A stretch of 64,000 nucleotides of DNA from an uncultured Actinomycetes bacterium (GTDB taxonomy: Bacteria; Actinomycetota; Thermoleophilia; RBG-16-64-13): contig CAVPLM010000003.1 in NCBI GenBank assembly GCA_963706025.1, positions 192,001-256,000 of the forward strand, written 5' to 3'. Made by a program: the position numbers and the translations under genes. The notes under the pieces were generated by a model, which saw only the letters and a program-made list of their open reading frames with translations, was not told where the DNA came from and did not search any database. This document shows, in pieces, positions 31,480 through 42,100 of the stretch (positions within the stretch are counted from its first letter, which is position 1; each line of letters starts with the position of its first letter).

Positions 31480-31767
31480 ATGAACAGCGTGCACCTGATC
31501 GGCCGTCTGGCCACCGACGTGGACGTGAAGGAGGTGAACGGCGGGTCCAAGGTGAGCAGCTTCATTCTGGCGGTGGATAGGAATGCGGAGGAGGCGGACT
31601 TCTTCCGGATCAAGGCTTGGAACTCGCAGGCCGAAGCCGCGGGAGACCACTTGGGCAAGGGCCGGCGGATAGCCGTCGAAGGCTCCCTTCGTCAAGACGT
31701 CTACGAGAAAGACGGGGAGGAGCGGAAGGCCGTATCGGTGGTCGCCAAGAGGTTGGAGTATCTCTAG
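31480..31767 (+). CDS. ssb: Short single-stranded DNA-binding protein (OB fold only, no acidic tail)
   Basis: MNSVHLIGRL..FILAVDR..ADFFRIKAW..LGKGRRIAVEGSL. Confidence 0.9.
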   Translation: MNSVHLIGRLATDVDVKEVNGGSKVSSFILAVDRNAEEADFFRIKAWNSQAEAAGDHLGKGRRIAVEGSLRQDVYEKDGEERKAVSVVAKRLEYL

Positions 31768-31775
31768 GCGGAAAA

Positions 31776-31810
31776 GGGGCGCCGGCGGCGGATTCCGCCG
31801 CGGGCGCCCT
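31776..31810 (+). terminator. GC hairpin after ssb
   Basis: gggcgcc-ggcggcgga...ccgccg-cgggcgccc; no U tract. Confidence 0.45.
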
Positions 31811-31932
31811 GAACACAGTCCTCGCGGGGTGCATCGTTCCAGCGGAGAGAAAGGAATGAGCGACGCTGGTAATCTGGGGTCGGAGAAGACGCCGTCTACA
31901 CCGGTGCGACGTTCGAGCGCTGCAGCAGAAGC

Positions 31933-34764
31933 ATGGGGGTGATGTCATTGTCGGGCGCAACAGAGCAGCGGGCCCGGATACTGGCGGCCAAGCTCAATCT
32001 CCCGCACCAGGGTTTTGTGCTCAGTCGGCCGCGACTGCAGGTCCTGGTTCGACCGGTGCTGGCCGGAGGTGTCATCTATCTCGTTGCGGGACCGGGCTAC
32101 GGAAAGACCGCCTTCATAGTCGATCTGCTTTCGTCCACTAACAGTCATCCGGTCTACTACTCCCTCGACGAGGGCGATCGGGATCCTGTCCGCTTCCTTT
32201 CGTACTTGATGACAGGTTTGGGCATGGGGGTTCCCGAAGCTCGCTCAGCGGTGTCGCTGGGTTGGTCAGAGCGGGGGGAAGGCAACGAGCTGGTGCTCGA
32301 CATGACCGCCCGGTTGTTGGATTTCATGTCGACTCGTGGGGGAGAGTCGACCCTGGTGGCCCTCGATGACCTGCATCTCGTCGACACTTCGGCTCAGGTC
32401 GTCAGTGTGCTGGAACTCATCACCCGAGGTCTACCTCCTGGCTGGACGATGCTTCTCTCGTCGCGTCGACGGGTGCCCTTTGCGCTCGATAGCGTGAATC
32501 TCGGGGGCCGATTGGTACAGCTCCAAAGTCGTGAACTGCGTCTCACACCACGCGAGGTGACGGCCTGGGCCCGGCAAAACTGGGCGGTTCAGTTGCAGCC
32601 GTCCGATGCCCGGGCCCTGTGGCGTCTGACCGAGGGCTGGCCGGCGGCGCTCGTGTTGCTCGGGCAGCACCTGCTCTCCCGAGGGGGTGATGTCAGCCGG
32701 AAGGATATCGTGGGGATCGTTACCCGAGGGCGCGATCTGAGCGCCTACCTGGAGCGGCACATCCTTTCGGGGCTTGATCCCGCTTCTGCTCAGATCATGC
32801 TTAGTGCCGCGCTTCTTCCGCGGGTGATCTTTCCTCGGGACGAGGCATTCCTGCCCGGCTCCTCCGGACAGGCCGAGGCTGCCCTCGAAGAATTCGTATC
32901 CCGGGGCTTTCTGGTGATGCGCGTAGGCCGCCACAGCTACAGCGTTCATCCCCTCGTGCGTGGCTTCGCCGAACGCCAGGCCTGGCAGAGCAACGAGGGG
33001 ATCGATCTGGTGCGTCGAGCGGCAGAACATCTTGACCGGGTGGGCGAATACCACCAGGCGGCCTCCCTTTATCTGAGGGCCGGTCACGTTCAGGACGCCG
33101 CCCGCCCCCTACGGTCGCTCGCGTTGTCGTCGCTGAACGCTGCGGTCAACTTCGCCCGCGATGACTGGCTCGATCTGATACCCCCGACCGACAACGCAGG
33201 GGATGGGCTCGATCCGTGGCTGCTCGTGGCAAAGGCCCGGATCCTCCAACAGCAGGCTGAATACGCGGGCGCGGCGGCGCTCTACGAGCGGGCTGCTCGT
33301 CTTCTCTCGGCTTCCGGCGACAAGGAGGGACTACTGCCGGTTCTCCTGGGCTCCGCCTTCTGCCTCTACAACCAGGGCCGCTGGGAGGACAGCCTCGCGG
33401 TCATGACACGCTGCCGGTCCCTGGCCAGCTCTCATCGGGAGAAGGTGGAGGTGCTTGTGGCAGAAGGGAATGTGCTCGTGAGCCTCTGTCGGTGGGACGA
33501 GGCGGTGGAGAATTGGGAACGGGCGCTCGTTCTGGCCCCCACCGCCGACCGCCGTCCTCTCACCCAGCGCATCCATTTTCACAGGGCGCGGCTGTTCTAT
33601 TCGCTGGGCCACTACCATTTGGCCACGCAGTGGCTGGAGAAAGCCATGGGTGGCGGAGAGGGACCGCGGGGTCCTTCATATGCTATGGCCCTCAACGGTG
33701 CCACCATCCTCGCTTACCTGACCGGAGACTACGCACTCGCCGGTCGCTACGCCTGTGAGTGCATGGAGCTCGTTCGCACCCGCGGTTATGTATGGGTGCA
33801 GATGTCGGGCCTTCTCAATCAGGCCGCCGTTGCCATGGGTGCCTGGGATTACCGATCGGCGCTCACGAAGATCCGTGAAGCTCAGACCCTGGCGGCTGCG
33901 ACGGGTGACGCTGAGGCGTGCTTCTGGGCGGAGGATATGCTCGGGGATCTCTGTCGGCGTAACAAGAACGCGCTGCGGGCTCTGGAGCATCATCAGGTCG
34001 CTCTTGAGGTCGTGGAGAGGAGTCGATTGGCTGCGTTCGAACAGGTGCGGGCGCTGACGGCGGTGGGCATGGACCTGGCGGTACTCGGCCGGGACAAAGA
34101 CGCTCGGGTCTCGCTGGAAGAGACCGTGAGTCTGAGTCGCCGCTGGGGCCTCATGAGCTCGCTCTGCCCGGGTCTCTTCTATCTCGGTTGGTTGTATGCT
34201 CGTGAGGGACGCGAGCACGAAGCCGCCCGTTCGCTCCTGGAGGCTACGCGCGTGGCAGGCGAGCACGGACATGTCCACTTCTTCAGCCAGGAAGCGCGAG
34301 TGGCCGTACCGATCCTTGCTCTCTGCGACCGATTCGACTCCGGACCATTTGTTCGTGAAAGCATCGTCCCTCGGCTTCCGGAGCGCCTCCAGACCTATTT
34401 CCACCGCTTGGCTGGGGGGAAGGTATACCCCACCGACGTCCCTCTCGGGCCGCCGCGGGGGGCATTGACCGGACAGCCGGGCATTCCCGCGCTGAGCCCC
34501 ACCGACCGACTGGGTCCTGTCGCACTTGCAGGTATTGAGACCCTCACGGATCGGGAACGCGAGATCCTCAAGATGATCGCGCTGGGAATGCCGAACAAGG
34601 TGATCGGGAGCAAGCTGTTCATCACGGAGAAGACCGTGAAGACGCACGCAAACCATGTCTATCGCAAGCTCGGCGTGGCGAGCCGAGTACAGGCTACTCT
34701 CGTGTTCCAGAGCTACCAGCGTGCTCGCAGAGCCGGCGGGGCCGGGGGTCGCTCTCGTCGCTAA
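31933..34764 (+). CDS. MalT/LAL-like LuxR regulator (ATPase, TPR, HTH)
   Basis: AKL..P, GPGYGKT, LDDLH, TEGWPAAL, TPR repeats, LTDREREIL..TVKTH..KLGV. Confidence 0.92.
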   Translation: MGVMSLSGATEQRARILAAKLNLPHQGFVLSRPRLQVLVRPVLAGGVIYLVAGPGYGKTAFIVDLLSSTNSHPVYYSLDEGDRDPVRFLSYLMTGLGMGVPEARSAVSLGWSERGEGNELVLDMTARLLDFMSTRGGESTLVALDDLHLVDTSAQVVSVLELITRGLPPGWTMLLSSRRRVPFALDSVNLGGRLVQLQSRELRLTPREVTAWARQNWAVQLQPSDARALWRLTEGWPAALVLLGQHLLSRGGDVSRKDIVGIVTRGRDLSAYLERHILSGLDPASAQIMLSAALLPRVIFPRDEAFLPGSSGQAEAALEEFVSRGFLVMRVGRHSYSVHPLVRGFAERQAWQSNEGIDLVRRAAEHLDRVGEYHQAASLYLRAGHVQDAARPLRSLALSSLNAAVNFARDDWLDLIPPTDNAGDGLDPWLLVAKARILQQQAEYAGAAALYERAARLLSASGDKEGLLPVLLGSAFCLYNQGRWEDSLAVMTRCRSLASSHREKVEVLVAEGNVLVSLCRWDEAVENWERALVLAPTADRRPLTQRIHFHRARLFYSLGHYHLATQWLEKAMGGGEGPRGPSYAMALNGATILAYLTGDYALAGRYACECMELVRTRGYVWVQMSGLLNQAAVAMGAWDYRSALTKIREAQTLAAATGDAEACFWAEDMLGDLCRRNKNALRALEHHQVALEVVERSRLAAFEQVRALTAVGMDLAVLGRDKDARVSLEETVSLSRRWGLMSSLCPGLFYLGWLYAREGREHEAARSLLEATRVAGEHGHVHFFSQEARVAVPILALCDRFDSGPFVRESIVPRLPERLQTYFHRLAGGKVYPTDVPLGPPRGALTGQPGIPALSPTDRLGPVALAGIETLTDREREILKMIALGMPNKVIGSKLFITEKTVKTHANHVYRKLGVASRVQATLVFQSYQRARRAGGAGGRSRR

Positions 34765-34871
34765 GCATGGTTCCGGGGGCGAAGGAGCCGCCCCCCCGGG
34801 CCGGCCGGGGCAGGCCGGGGTCCCCGGGGCAGGCGGCTCAAGCGAGATAGGGGTCTTGGCTAGGGTCCTGT

Positions 34872-35834
34872 CTACTTCTCGAGTTGGAGCGGTATCTCGA
34901 TCACGTCGATCGGGGAGCCGTCCTTGGGTGACTCGGCGAACACGATGAGCGAACCTGGGCCGGGCTCGTCGATCTCGAAGGGGAGGGCCAAGGCGAAGGT
35001 ACCTCGGGTGCCGGTGCCTGATGTGGCCGTCACCAACCCCTCCTGGATGACGAGGCCGTCGGAGTCCACGATCCTCGCGCGGAACACCCCCTCGAAGACA
35101 TTGGCCGTGCCGTTGATGAGCATGGGGCTGCTCACTGTTTGGCCCAAGGTGGGCGACTCCACCAGGATGGCCGGAGACAGGTCTTCGTAATCGGCTCGGC
35201 TCATCGGATGATCCAGGATCAGGCCCTCTCCACCGAGCACGTCGATCGGCTCACCATCGAGCTTGAAATTGACCCCTTCGACGGTCGGAAACTGGGTCAG
35301 AGTGAAGACCACCTCGGCCAGTCGCATCATCATCGAGAGAGAGCCGCCACCCGAGGCATACTCCTTCGAGAGGTCAACGGTGGCGACCCCGTTGTCGATG
35401 GAGAGACCCAGGAAGGTGGTACCGGCGGGGATGTTGGTGACCATGCCCGCCTCTTCTTCAACATCGGTGGGACCTTCCAGGAGGGCTTTCATGGCGGCGG
35501 CGCCCACCTGCTGGGTCTTGGGGATGACACGGGCGGCCGCACTCATCATCTCGTCGCGCGAATAGTAGGCGTTGACGATCATCGTGTCCTCGGCGGCCGT
35601 CGTGCTGGTGGTGGACCCAGTAGGAGCAGTAGTGGAGGTTGTCGTGGTAGTGGATTCTTCCGGGGGCACGGTCACCGTGGTCTGAGGACCCTCGGTGGTA
35701 CTCACAGTGCCTCCGTCGCCGACCTCGCCACCATACCCACATGCGCCAACAGCCACGGTCGCGCCCGTGAGTACGAGGACCAATATGCCGAATACCAAGA
35801 CGAAGGGCACCATACGGCGCCGGGAGCTTCCCAT
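34872..35834 (-). CDS. GerMN-domain lipoprotein with C-terminal Gmad2 Ig-like domain
   Basis: Lipobox VAVGAC; ALLEGPT, VDLS, VVFTLTQFPTV; ILVESP..GTANVFEG. Confidence 0.88.
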   Translation of the reverse strand: MGSSRRRMVPFVLVFGILVLVLTGATVAVGACGYGGEVGDGGTVSTTEGPQTTVTVPPEESTTTTTSTTAPTGSTTSTTAAEDTMIVNAYYSRDEMMSAAARVIPKTQQVGAAAMKALLEGPTDVEEEAGMVTNIPAGTTFLGLSIDNGVATVDLSKEYASGGGSLSMMMRLAEVVFTLTQFPTVEGVNFKLDGEPIDVLGGEGLILDHPMSRADYEDLSPAILVESPTLGQTVSSPMLINGTANVFEGVFRARIVDSDGLVIQEGLVTATSGTGTRGTFALALPFEIDEPGPGSLIVFAESPKDGSPIDVIEIPLQLEK

Positions 35835-35978
35835 TGTTCTGCCTCCATGGGGCCGTTTGGATTCACCATTGAGCAAAGGTCTCATCGCCTCTCCCTCCGT
35901 TCGACCCGCACCCTCTGCAGGCCCATTCCCGTACAAGTCCATATTTGACCCGTGACTTCACGGACCTGCCGCGATCAG

Positions 35979-35995
35979 GTAACGATCGTGTTACA
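35979..35995. promoter_or_regulatory. MtrA/GlnR-like box GTAAC-N6-GTTAC
   Basis: gtaacgatcgtgttaca upstream of the GerMN gene; near-identical to 45364-45380. Confidence 0.6.
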
Positions 35996-36072
35996 CAACA
36001 GCCGGTCATCGGCCGTGCCATTGGTCCGGCCGATAAGTGTGGCAGGAGTCGCGGAGGAAGGTGCGGTCGATC

Positions 36073-37575
36073 CTAGACAGGCAGAGTGAGCGCGAAGCAG
36101 GCTCCGCCACCGGGAACGTTGGCGACGGTCAACTCGCCCCCTAGGAGGCGAGCGTTCTCGCGCGCGATGGCCAAGCCGAGCCCGCTCCCGCGACTGGCCG
36201 AGCGGCTGGGGTCGGCCTTGTAGAATCGATCGAACACGTGGGGCAAGTGCTCCTCGGGTATCCCTGGGCCGCTGTCGGTTACGGTGACCCGGATGACGTC
36301 CCCCGCGGGAGGGGTCTGGGTGTCCTCGGTCCCGGGTACGAAACTCGTCTCGATGACGACGGGTTCCGCACCGTGGAGCAGAGCATTCTCCACGAGGTTC
36401 ACGACGATGCGTTCCAGCCGTCGCTTGTCGGTACTGATGACATGGGCGGAGCCATCGCCGCGTGGGGAGCCCACTGTGCCTGCGACGCCCGGGGTGCCGG
36501 GGGAGCTGGCATCGTCGAGGAGGCGCACAAATTCCGACCACCCATGGGCACCTACCAGCTGGGCGAGAAAGACCTGTATGTCCACCGGTTCAATGATGGT
36601 CTCGGCCGCCTGCGCCTCCAGCCGGCTTATCTCGAGCAGGTCGTCCACCAGTTGGCGAAGGCGGGAGATGTCCGCGCTCACCAATAGGGCGAGCTGCGCG
36701 ATCTCCGGGGGGCAGCCGTCCGGGTTCATCTCCAGCCGGGCCTTGAGCAAAGAAGCTTCGCCCACCAGCGCCGATACGGGCGTACGCAGCTCGTGAGTCA
36801 CGTCGGCCACGAAGCGGCGTTCTCGCGCTTGTCCGGCCTCCAGATCCAGCATCTTGGCCTGCAGGTTCTCGGCCATGCGATTGAAAGAGACCCCCAGAAC
36901 CCCGAACTCGTCGGTGCCCGCCGGCAATCGGATATCGAGATCGCCCTTGGACATCCGTACCGCTGCCTTACTGGCGTCTCGCACCGGTCCCAGGAGGCGG
37001 CGGGCCAGCGATAATCCGGCGATGGCTCCTAGGACCGCGAGCGCCAGCCCTCCGATGATGAGTATGTTGCGCAGTCGTGCCAGCTCCGCCAGCCGAGCTC
37101 CTTGGGGGTAGAAGAAATAGAACGCGAGGTCCGGTGATCGCACCTGCCCGCCGGCAGCAACGGTCGGCTCGCCGGCCATCGTGATCATCTGATAGCCGAT
37201 CCGACCCTCGGCCACCTTGGCGGCAAGCTCGGGCGTGATCAAGCCTGCGTCCACTTGCGGCCCGGAGACGAAGATCTCGTCGCCGGCCTCGATCAAGGTG
37301 GCGAAATCGCCACGGATCTTGAATGCGTCCAGAAGCCGGTTGTAGTCGGCAGCCTCAGGTGTCGCCGGGAGCATCGAATCGGCCAGGAACAGGTTGAAAC
37401 GCGACTGAGCCTTGGCCTTCTCGAGAGCCTCGTCGTCCTGAGCCGTCTTGGTGATGAAGTACGCTGATAGAGCGAGCGCCAGAGCGGTGATAACTACCGC
37501 GGCCGTGAAGATGAAGGCCACCCGACGCCGAAGGGAGTGTCGCGCTCCGGAGGGTCTGCGGTCGCGCTTTGCCAT
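36073..37575 (-). CDS. HAMP sensor histidine kinase (MtrB-like)
   Basis: Two TM segments, HAMP, RFVADVTHELRTP, NLVENA, GSGLGLAI. Confidence 0.93.
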   Translation of the reverse strand: MAKRDRRPSGARHSLRRRVAFIFTAAVVITALALALSAYFITKTAQDDEALEKAKAQSRFNLFLADSMLPATPEAADYNRLLDAFKIRGDFATLIEAGDEIFVSGPQVDAGLITPELAAKVAEGRIGYQMITMAGEPTVAAGGQVRSPDLAFYFFYPQGARLAELARLRNILIIGGLALAVLGAIAGLSLARRLLGPVRDASKAAVRMSKGDLDIRLPAGTDEFGVLGVSFNRMAENLQAKMLDLEAGQARERRFVADVTHELRTPVSALVGEASLLKARLEMNPDGCPPEIAQLALLVSADISRLRQLVDDLLEISRLEAQAAETIIEPVDIQVFLAQLVGAHGWSEFVRLLDDASSPGTPGVAGTVGSPRGDGSAHVISTDKRRLERIVVNLVENALLHGAEPVVIETSFVPGTEDTQTPPAGDVIRVTVTDSGPGIPEEHLPHVFDRFYKADPSRSASRGSGLGLAIARENARLLGGELTVANVPGGGACFALTLPV

Positions 37576-38402
37576 CAGGAGATCCCCGGACGATCCGCGC
37601 GATAGCCGACCCCGCGCACCGTGAGTATCAGGAGTGGGCGAGCCGGGTCTTCCTCGATCTTCGTGCGTAGGCGCTGCACGTGCACGTCCACCAGGCGGCT
37701 GTCACCGAGATAGGTGTAGCCCCACACCAGTTCCAAGAGTTGGTCACGCGTGAGCACCTGCCCGGCGTGGCGCGCCAGTTCGTACAGGAGGCGGAACTCG
37801 GTGACCGTGAGGGGGACCTCTTCGCCACCCCGGAGCACGCGGTAGGCACCGGGATCGACGTTAAGAGATCCGAGTGTGATGGGCGGGGCAACAGTCACGG
37901 GGGAAGACCCACCGACAGGTCGCGCTCCGGCCGGCACCGCTCCTGCGGCGGATTCCTGCTGGGCGGCCGCCACCTCGGTGCCGGCTGCCCCAGGGGTGCC
38001 GGTCGCTACATCCGTCCCGGCCGGGGTTGGGGCCTTTGTCGACGCCCGACGCATCACCGAGCGAACCCGGGCATTCAGTTCAGGGAACTCAAACGGTTTG
38101 GTCACGTAGTCGTCGGCGCCCGATTCCAGCCCTACCACCACGTCCACGGTGGACGACCGGGCTGTGAGCATGATGATGGGGACGAGCGAGGTCTTGCGCA
38201 GCTCGCGGCAGACGGCAAAGCCGTCCAGGCCGGGCAGCATGATGTCGAGCAGCACCAGATCGGGCTGATGTTCGGCGAACGCCACTAAGGCAGACGGCCC
38301 GTCCTCCGCCGTCACCACGCGGTACCCTTCGCCCTCGAGTCCCAAGCTGATGACCTCGCGTAGCGAGGGGTCGTCCTCGACCACAAGCAGGAGTTCCTCC
38401 AC
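37575..38402 (-). CDS. OmpR-family response regulator (MtrA-like) with Ala/Pro-rich linker insertion
   Basis: VVEDD, LLDIMLPG, GADDYVTKPF, VWGY..GDSRLVDVHVQRLR.KIE.DP. Confidence 0.93.
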   Translation of the reverse strand: MEELLLVVEDDPSLREVISLGLEGEGYRVVTAEDGPSALVAFAEHQPDLVLLDIMLPGLDGFAVCRELRKTSLVPIIMLTARSSTVDVVVGLESGADDYVTKPFEFPELNARVRSVMRRASTKAPTPAGTDVATGTPGAAGTEVAAAQQESAAGAVPAGARPVGGSSPVTVAPPITLGSLNVDPGAYRVLRGGEEVPLTVTEFRLLYELARHAGQVLTRDQLLELVWGYTYLGDSRLVDVHVQRLRTKIEEDPARPLLILTVRGVGYRADRPGIS

Positions 38403-38553
38403 GCTCGGATTATCCCCGCCCACCGCCAACGAGTCCAGCCCCGGGCTTGAAAAGACGCAGAGCCTTCGCTTCTGCGAGAGCGCTCAGGGCGTACAGACTC
38501 CCGGCTCGGAGGCCGTTTTGCGACCAAAACGGAACCTTCGGAAGAACTTGCAA

Positions 38554-38601
38554 TAACTATATATTGGGTGCTAGGATGCAGGAACACCCTACATCTTGTG
38601 T
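38554..38601 (+). promoter_or_regulatory. Tandem NrdR boxes overlapping the promoter
   Basis: taaCtAtATaTtGggt (38554) and accCtAcATcTtGtgt (38586), 32 bp apart; TTGCAA-18-TAGGAT overlaps box 1. Confidence 0.9.
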
Positions 38602-38693
38602 ATAGTTCACTCGGACGGCCGATGGGGCACCGGGTGCGCGTACGCCAGCAGGGGTCGGCATGATCGATGGGACCAAGAAGAGAGCGGGGGGTT

Positions 38694-39155
38694 GTGAACT
38701 GCCCATATTGCGGTCTTCCCGACAGCAAAGTGGTCGATTCACGCGAGACGGAGAGCAAAGAGGCCATTCGCCGACGGAGGGAATGCGTCAACTGCGGCCA
38801 GCGTTTCACTACTTATGAGAAGGTCGAAGAGATTCCCATCACGGTGGTCAAGCGCGACGGAACCACGCAGCTCTTTCATGCGGACAAGCTCCTGCGTGGC
38901 CTCATGCGGGCCTGCGCTAAGCGGAACGTGCCTATGGAGAGCTTGGAGGTGATCGTCTCCGACATCGAACGAGAACTCCGGGAGGAGTCGGCGTACGAGG
39001 TGACGTCCGAGCGGGTCGGTAAGATGGCGCTTGAGCGCCTGCAAGGGGTGGACCTGGTGGCCTACATCCGCTTTGCCTCGGTGTACCGGCAGTTCGACAG
39101 CATCGAGGGATTCAAACGGGAACTGGAACAACTTGCGAAAGAGGGGATCAGATGA
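38694..39155 (+). CDS. nrdR: Transcriptional repressor NrdR
   Basis: [29 protein letters not shown] cone, [13 protein letters not shown]. Confidence 0.97.
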   Translation: MNCPYCGLPDSKVVDSRETESKEAIRRRRECVNCGQRFTTYEKVEEIPITVVKRDGTTQLFHADKLLRGLMRACAKRNVPMESLEVIVSDIERELREESAYEVTSERVGKMALERLQGVDLVAYIRFASVYRQFDSIEGFKRELEQLAKEGIR

Positions 39156-42100
39156 CCGTCGCCGAGCTGCGTGCCGCTTCGGCCGAGTTGGAGAAAAGAC
39201 TCTCCCCCAGTGCCAATAAAGTCCTGCAGAAGCGGTACCTGAAGCGTACCGAGACCGGTGAACCTCTGGAGACCGCGGCCGATATGTTCGCCCGGGTGGC
39301 GGAGAACATCGCCCAGGCCGACCTCATCTACCATCCCGAAACGTCTCTCGACGCCACCATCTCCGAGTTCTTCGAGGTGATGGCGCGGCTGGAATTCCTG
39401 CCCAACACGCCCACTCTGATGAATGCCGGGCGCGAGCTCCAGCAGCTATCCGCCTGCTTCGTCCTCCCGGTCGAGGACAGCATGGACTCCATCTTCAGCG
39501 CCATCCGCGACGCGGCACTGGTGCACCAGTCAGGTGGGGGTACGGGTTTCAGCTTCAGCCGGCTCCGGCCCAAGAACGACCTGGTCCGCTCCACCATGGG
39601 TGTGGCCAGCGGGCCGGTGTCGTTCATGCGCGTCTTCGATATGGCCACCGAGACCATCAAACAGGGGGGTACGCGCCGGGGCGCCAATATGGGCATCTTG
39701 CGGGTCGACCATCCCGACATCGTGGAGTTCATCCGGGCCAAAGAAGACGAGCATATCCTCAACAACTTCAACATCTCCGTAGGGGTCACCGAAGAATTCA
39801 TGGGGGCGGTTCTTACCGGTGACGACTATGCGCTGCGCAACCCTCGGGATCTCACCGAAGTGGGACGGCTGAACGCCCGCGAGATCTTCGACCTCATCGT
39901 GGATCTGGCCTGGAAGAACGGCGAGCCGGGCATCGTCTTCCTCGACCGGCTCAATCGTGACAATCCCACGCCCCAACTGGGCCAGATCGAATCCACAAAC
40001 CCATGCATCACCGGGGACACCCTGGTGTATACCGGCCGGGGACTGGTGCGGGCGATGGACCTCTTCCTGGAAGGCGAGCCCGATCCAGGTAGCGGTCGAT
40101 GGCCGCATGGCGGCGGCCGCTGTGTCCGGGGGCTGCACTCGGACCGGCCGAGGCGACAGCGTGACGGGCGGATCCTTGGTCGATTCGTCGCCTGTGTTCT
40201 ACAGCGGTCACAAGCAGGTCGTCCGGGTCACCACGAAGGAAGGCTATGAACTGCGGGTCACCCCCGATCACCGGATCATGACCGAGCGGGGCTGGGTGCC
40301 CGCGGGCGAGCTCGCGCCGGGCGATGAGGTGCACGTACTCAACCGCAAAGGTGGGTTCGGCAGCGAGGGCTCGGCAGAGCTGGGTCGAGTCCTGGGTTGG
40401 TTGGTGGGCGACGGCACGGTCAAATCAGACCGGGCAGTGCTCTCCTTCTGGGGAGAAGAGCGAGAGTTGGCGCCCGCCTTCCGTCGGGCGGTGGAAGCGG
40501 TGGTCAGACCGGCGGCCAATAACCGTGTGTACAGGGCCGGGGTGGTGGCCGTGGTCGAGCGGAACGAGACCCGGGTCCAGTCGGCGCGGTTGCGCGAGAT
40601 CGCCGAGGAGTACGGCCTGGTCGACGAGAAGCTGATGGTGCCCGAGCCGGTCCTGCGAGGCTCTGAAGACATGCAGCGCGGGTTCCTGCAGGCGCTGTTC
40701 ACGGCGGACGGGACGGTGCTCAACCAGGAGCCGGCACGCCGCGATGTGCGACTCACCTCGGTCAGCCTGGATCTGCTCCAGGATGTGCAGCGCATGCTGC
40801 TCAACTTCGGCATCTTCTGCCGGATCTACCAAGATCGCAAACGCGGTAAGGCGACGGCCTTGCTACCGGACGGCAAGGGTGGTCACAAGGAGTATCCGGT
40901 CCGGCCGTATCACGATCTGTGTGTGGGGAGTGAGAGTCTTTTTCGCTTCGCCAATGAGATCGGCCTGCTTAGCCGAGAGAAGTCCGCGGCACTACGCCGG
41001 GCGATAGAAGGTTACTCACGCGGGCCCAATCGGGAGAAGTTCGTAGCTCGCGTAGCAGCGGTCATCCCCGAAGGCGTCGAACCGGTCTTTGACTTGACGG
41101 AGCCATTGACCCATTCATTCATTGGAAATGGTATTGTCATATCGAACTGTGGAGAGCAACCTCTTCTGCCCTACGAGAGCTGCAATCTGGGCTCCATCAA
41201 CCTCGCCATCATGGTCAAAGATGGTGCCGTGGATTGGGATCGTCTGCGCCGGGTGACCCGCACGGGCGTCCACTTCCTCGACAACGTCATCGACATGAAC
41301 CGCTATCCCCTTCCCGAGATCGACAGGATGACCAAGGGAAACCGCAAGGTCGGCCTCGGGGTCATGGGTTGGGCCGACATGCTGGTGGAGCTGGGCATCG
41401 CCTACGATTCCGACGAAGCCATCAGGCTCGGGCACGAGCTGATGGGCTTCGTCCACGAGGAAGCCATTGAAGCCTCCGAGGACCTGGCCCGCGACCGGGG
41501 GGTGTTCCCCAACTGGGAGAGCAGCACGTGGAAGGCCAGCGAGAGGAAGGTACGAAACGCTACGCTCACGACCATCGCTCCCACCGGCACCATTTCCATC
41601 ATCGCCGGTTGCTCCAGCGGAGTGGAGCCCATATTCGCCCTGGCCTTCATCCGCAACGTGATGGACAACACCGAACTGCCGGAGGCCCATCCGGCGCTCG
41701 AGCAGGCGCTCAAGGAGCGCGGCCTGTACTCGGACGACCTCATGAAGAGCATCGCGACGATCGGTGGGCTGCACGACATGGAAGTGCCCGCGGATCTCAA
41801 GAAGGTCTTCGTCACCGCCCACGATGTGTCCCCGGAATGGCATATAAACATGCAGGCCGCTTTCCAGGACCACGTCGACAACGCCGTATCGAAGACGGTC
41901 AACTTCCCCAACCAAGCCCGGCCCGAAGACGTGGAGCGCGTCTACCTGCTCGCCTACGAACTGGGGGTCAAGGGCGTCACGATCTATCGCGACGGCTCCC
42001 GGCAGGAACAGGTGCTCAACATCGGCCAGGTCAAGCGCAAGGGAGCCGAGGCCGGGGAGGCCGTTCAGATGGAGCTCGGTCCGCAGGGTACCGCCGTCAT

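Noticed and set aside
40075-40085. Programmed frameshift controlling RNR or intein expression
   Set aside because: One extra base in a short C run with no slippery heptamer, amid many similar indels.
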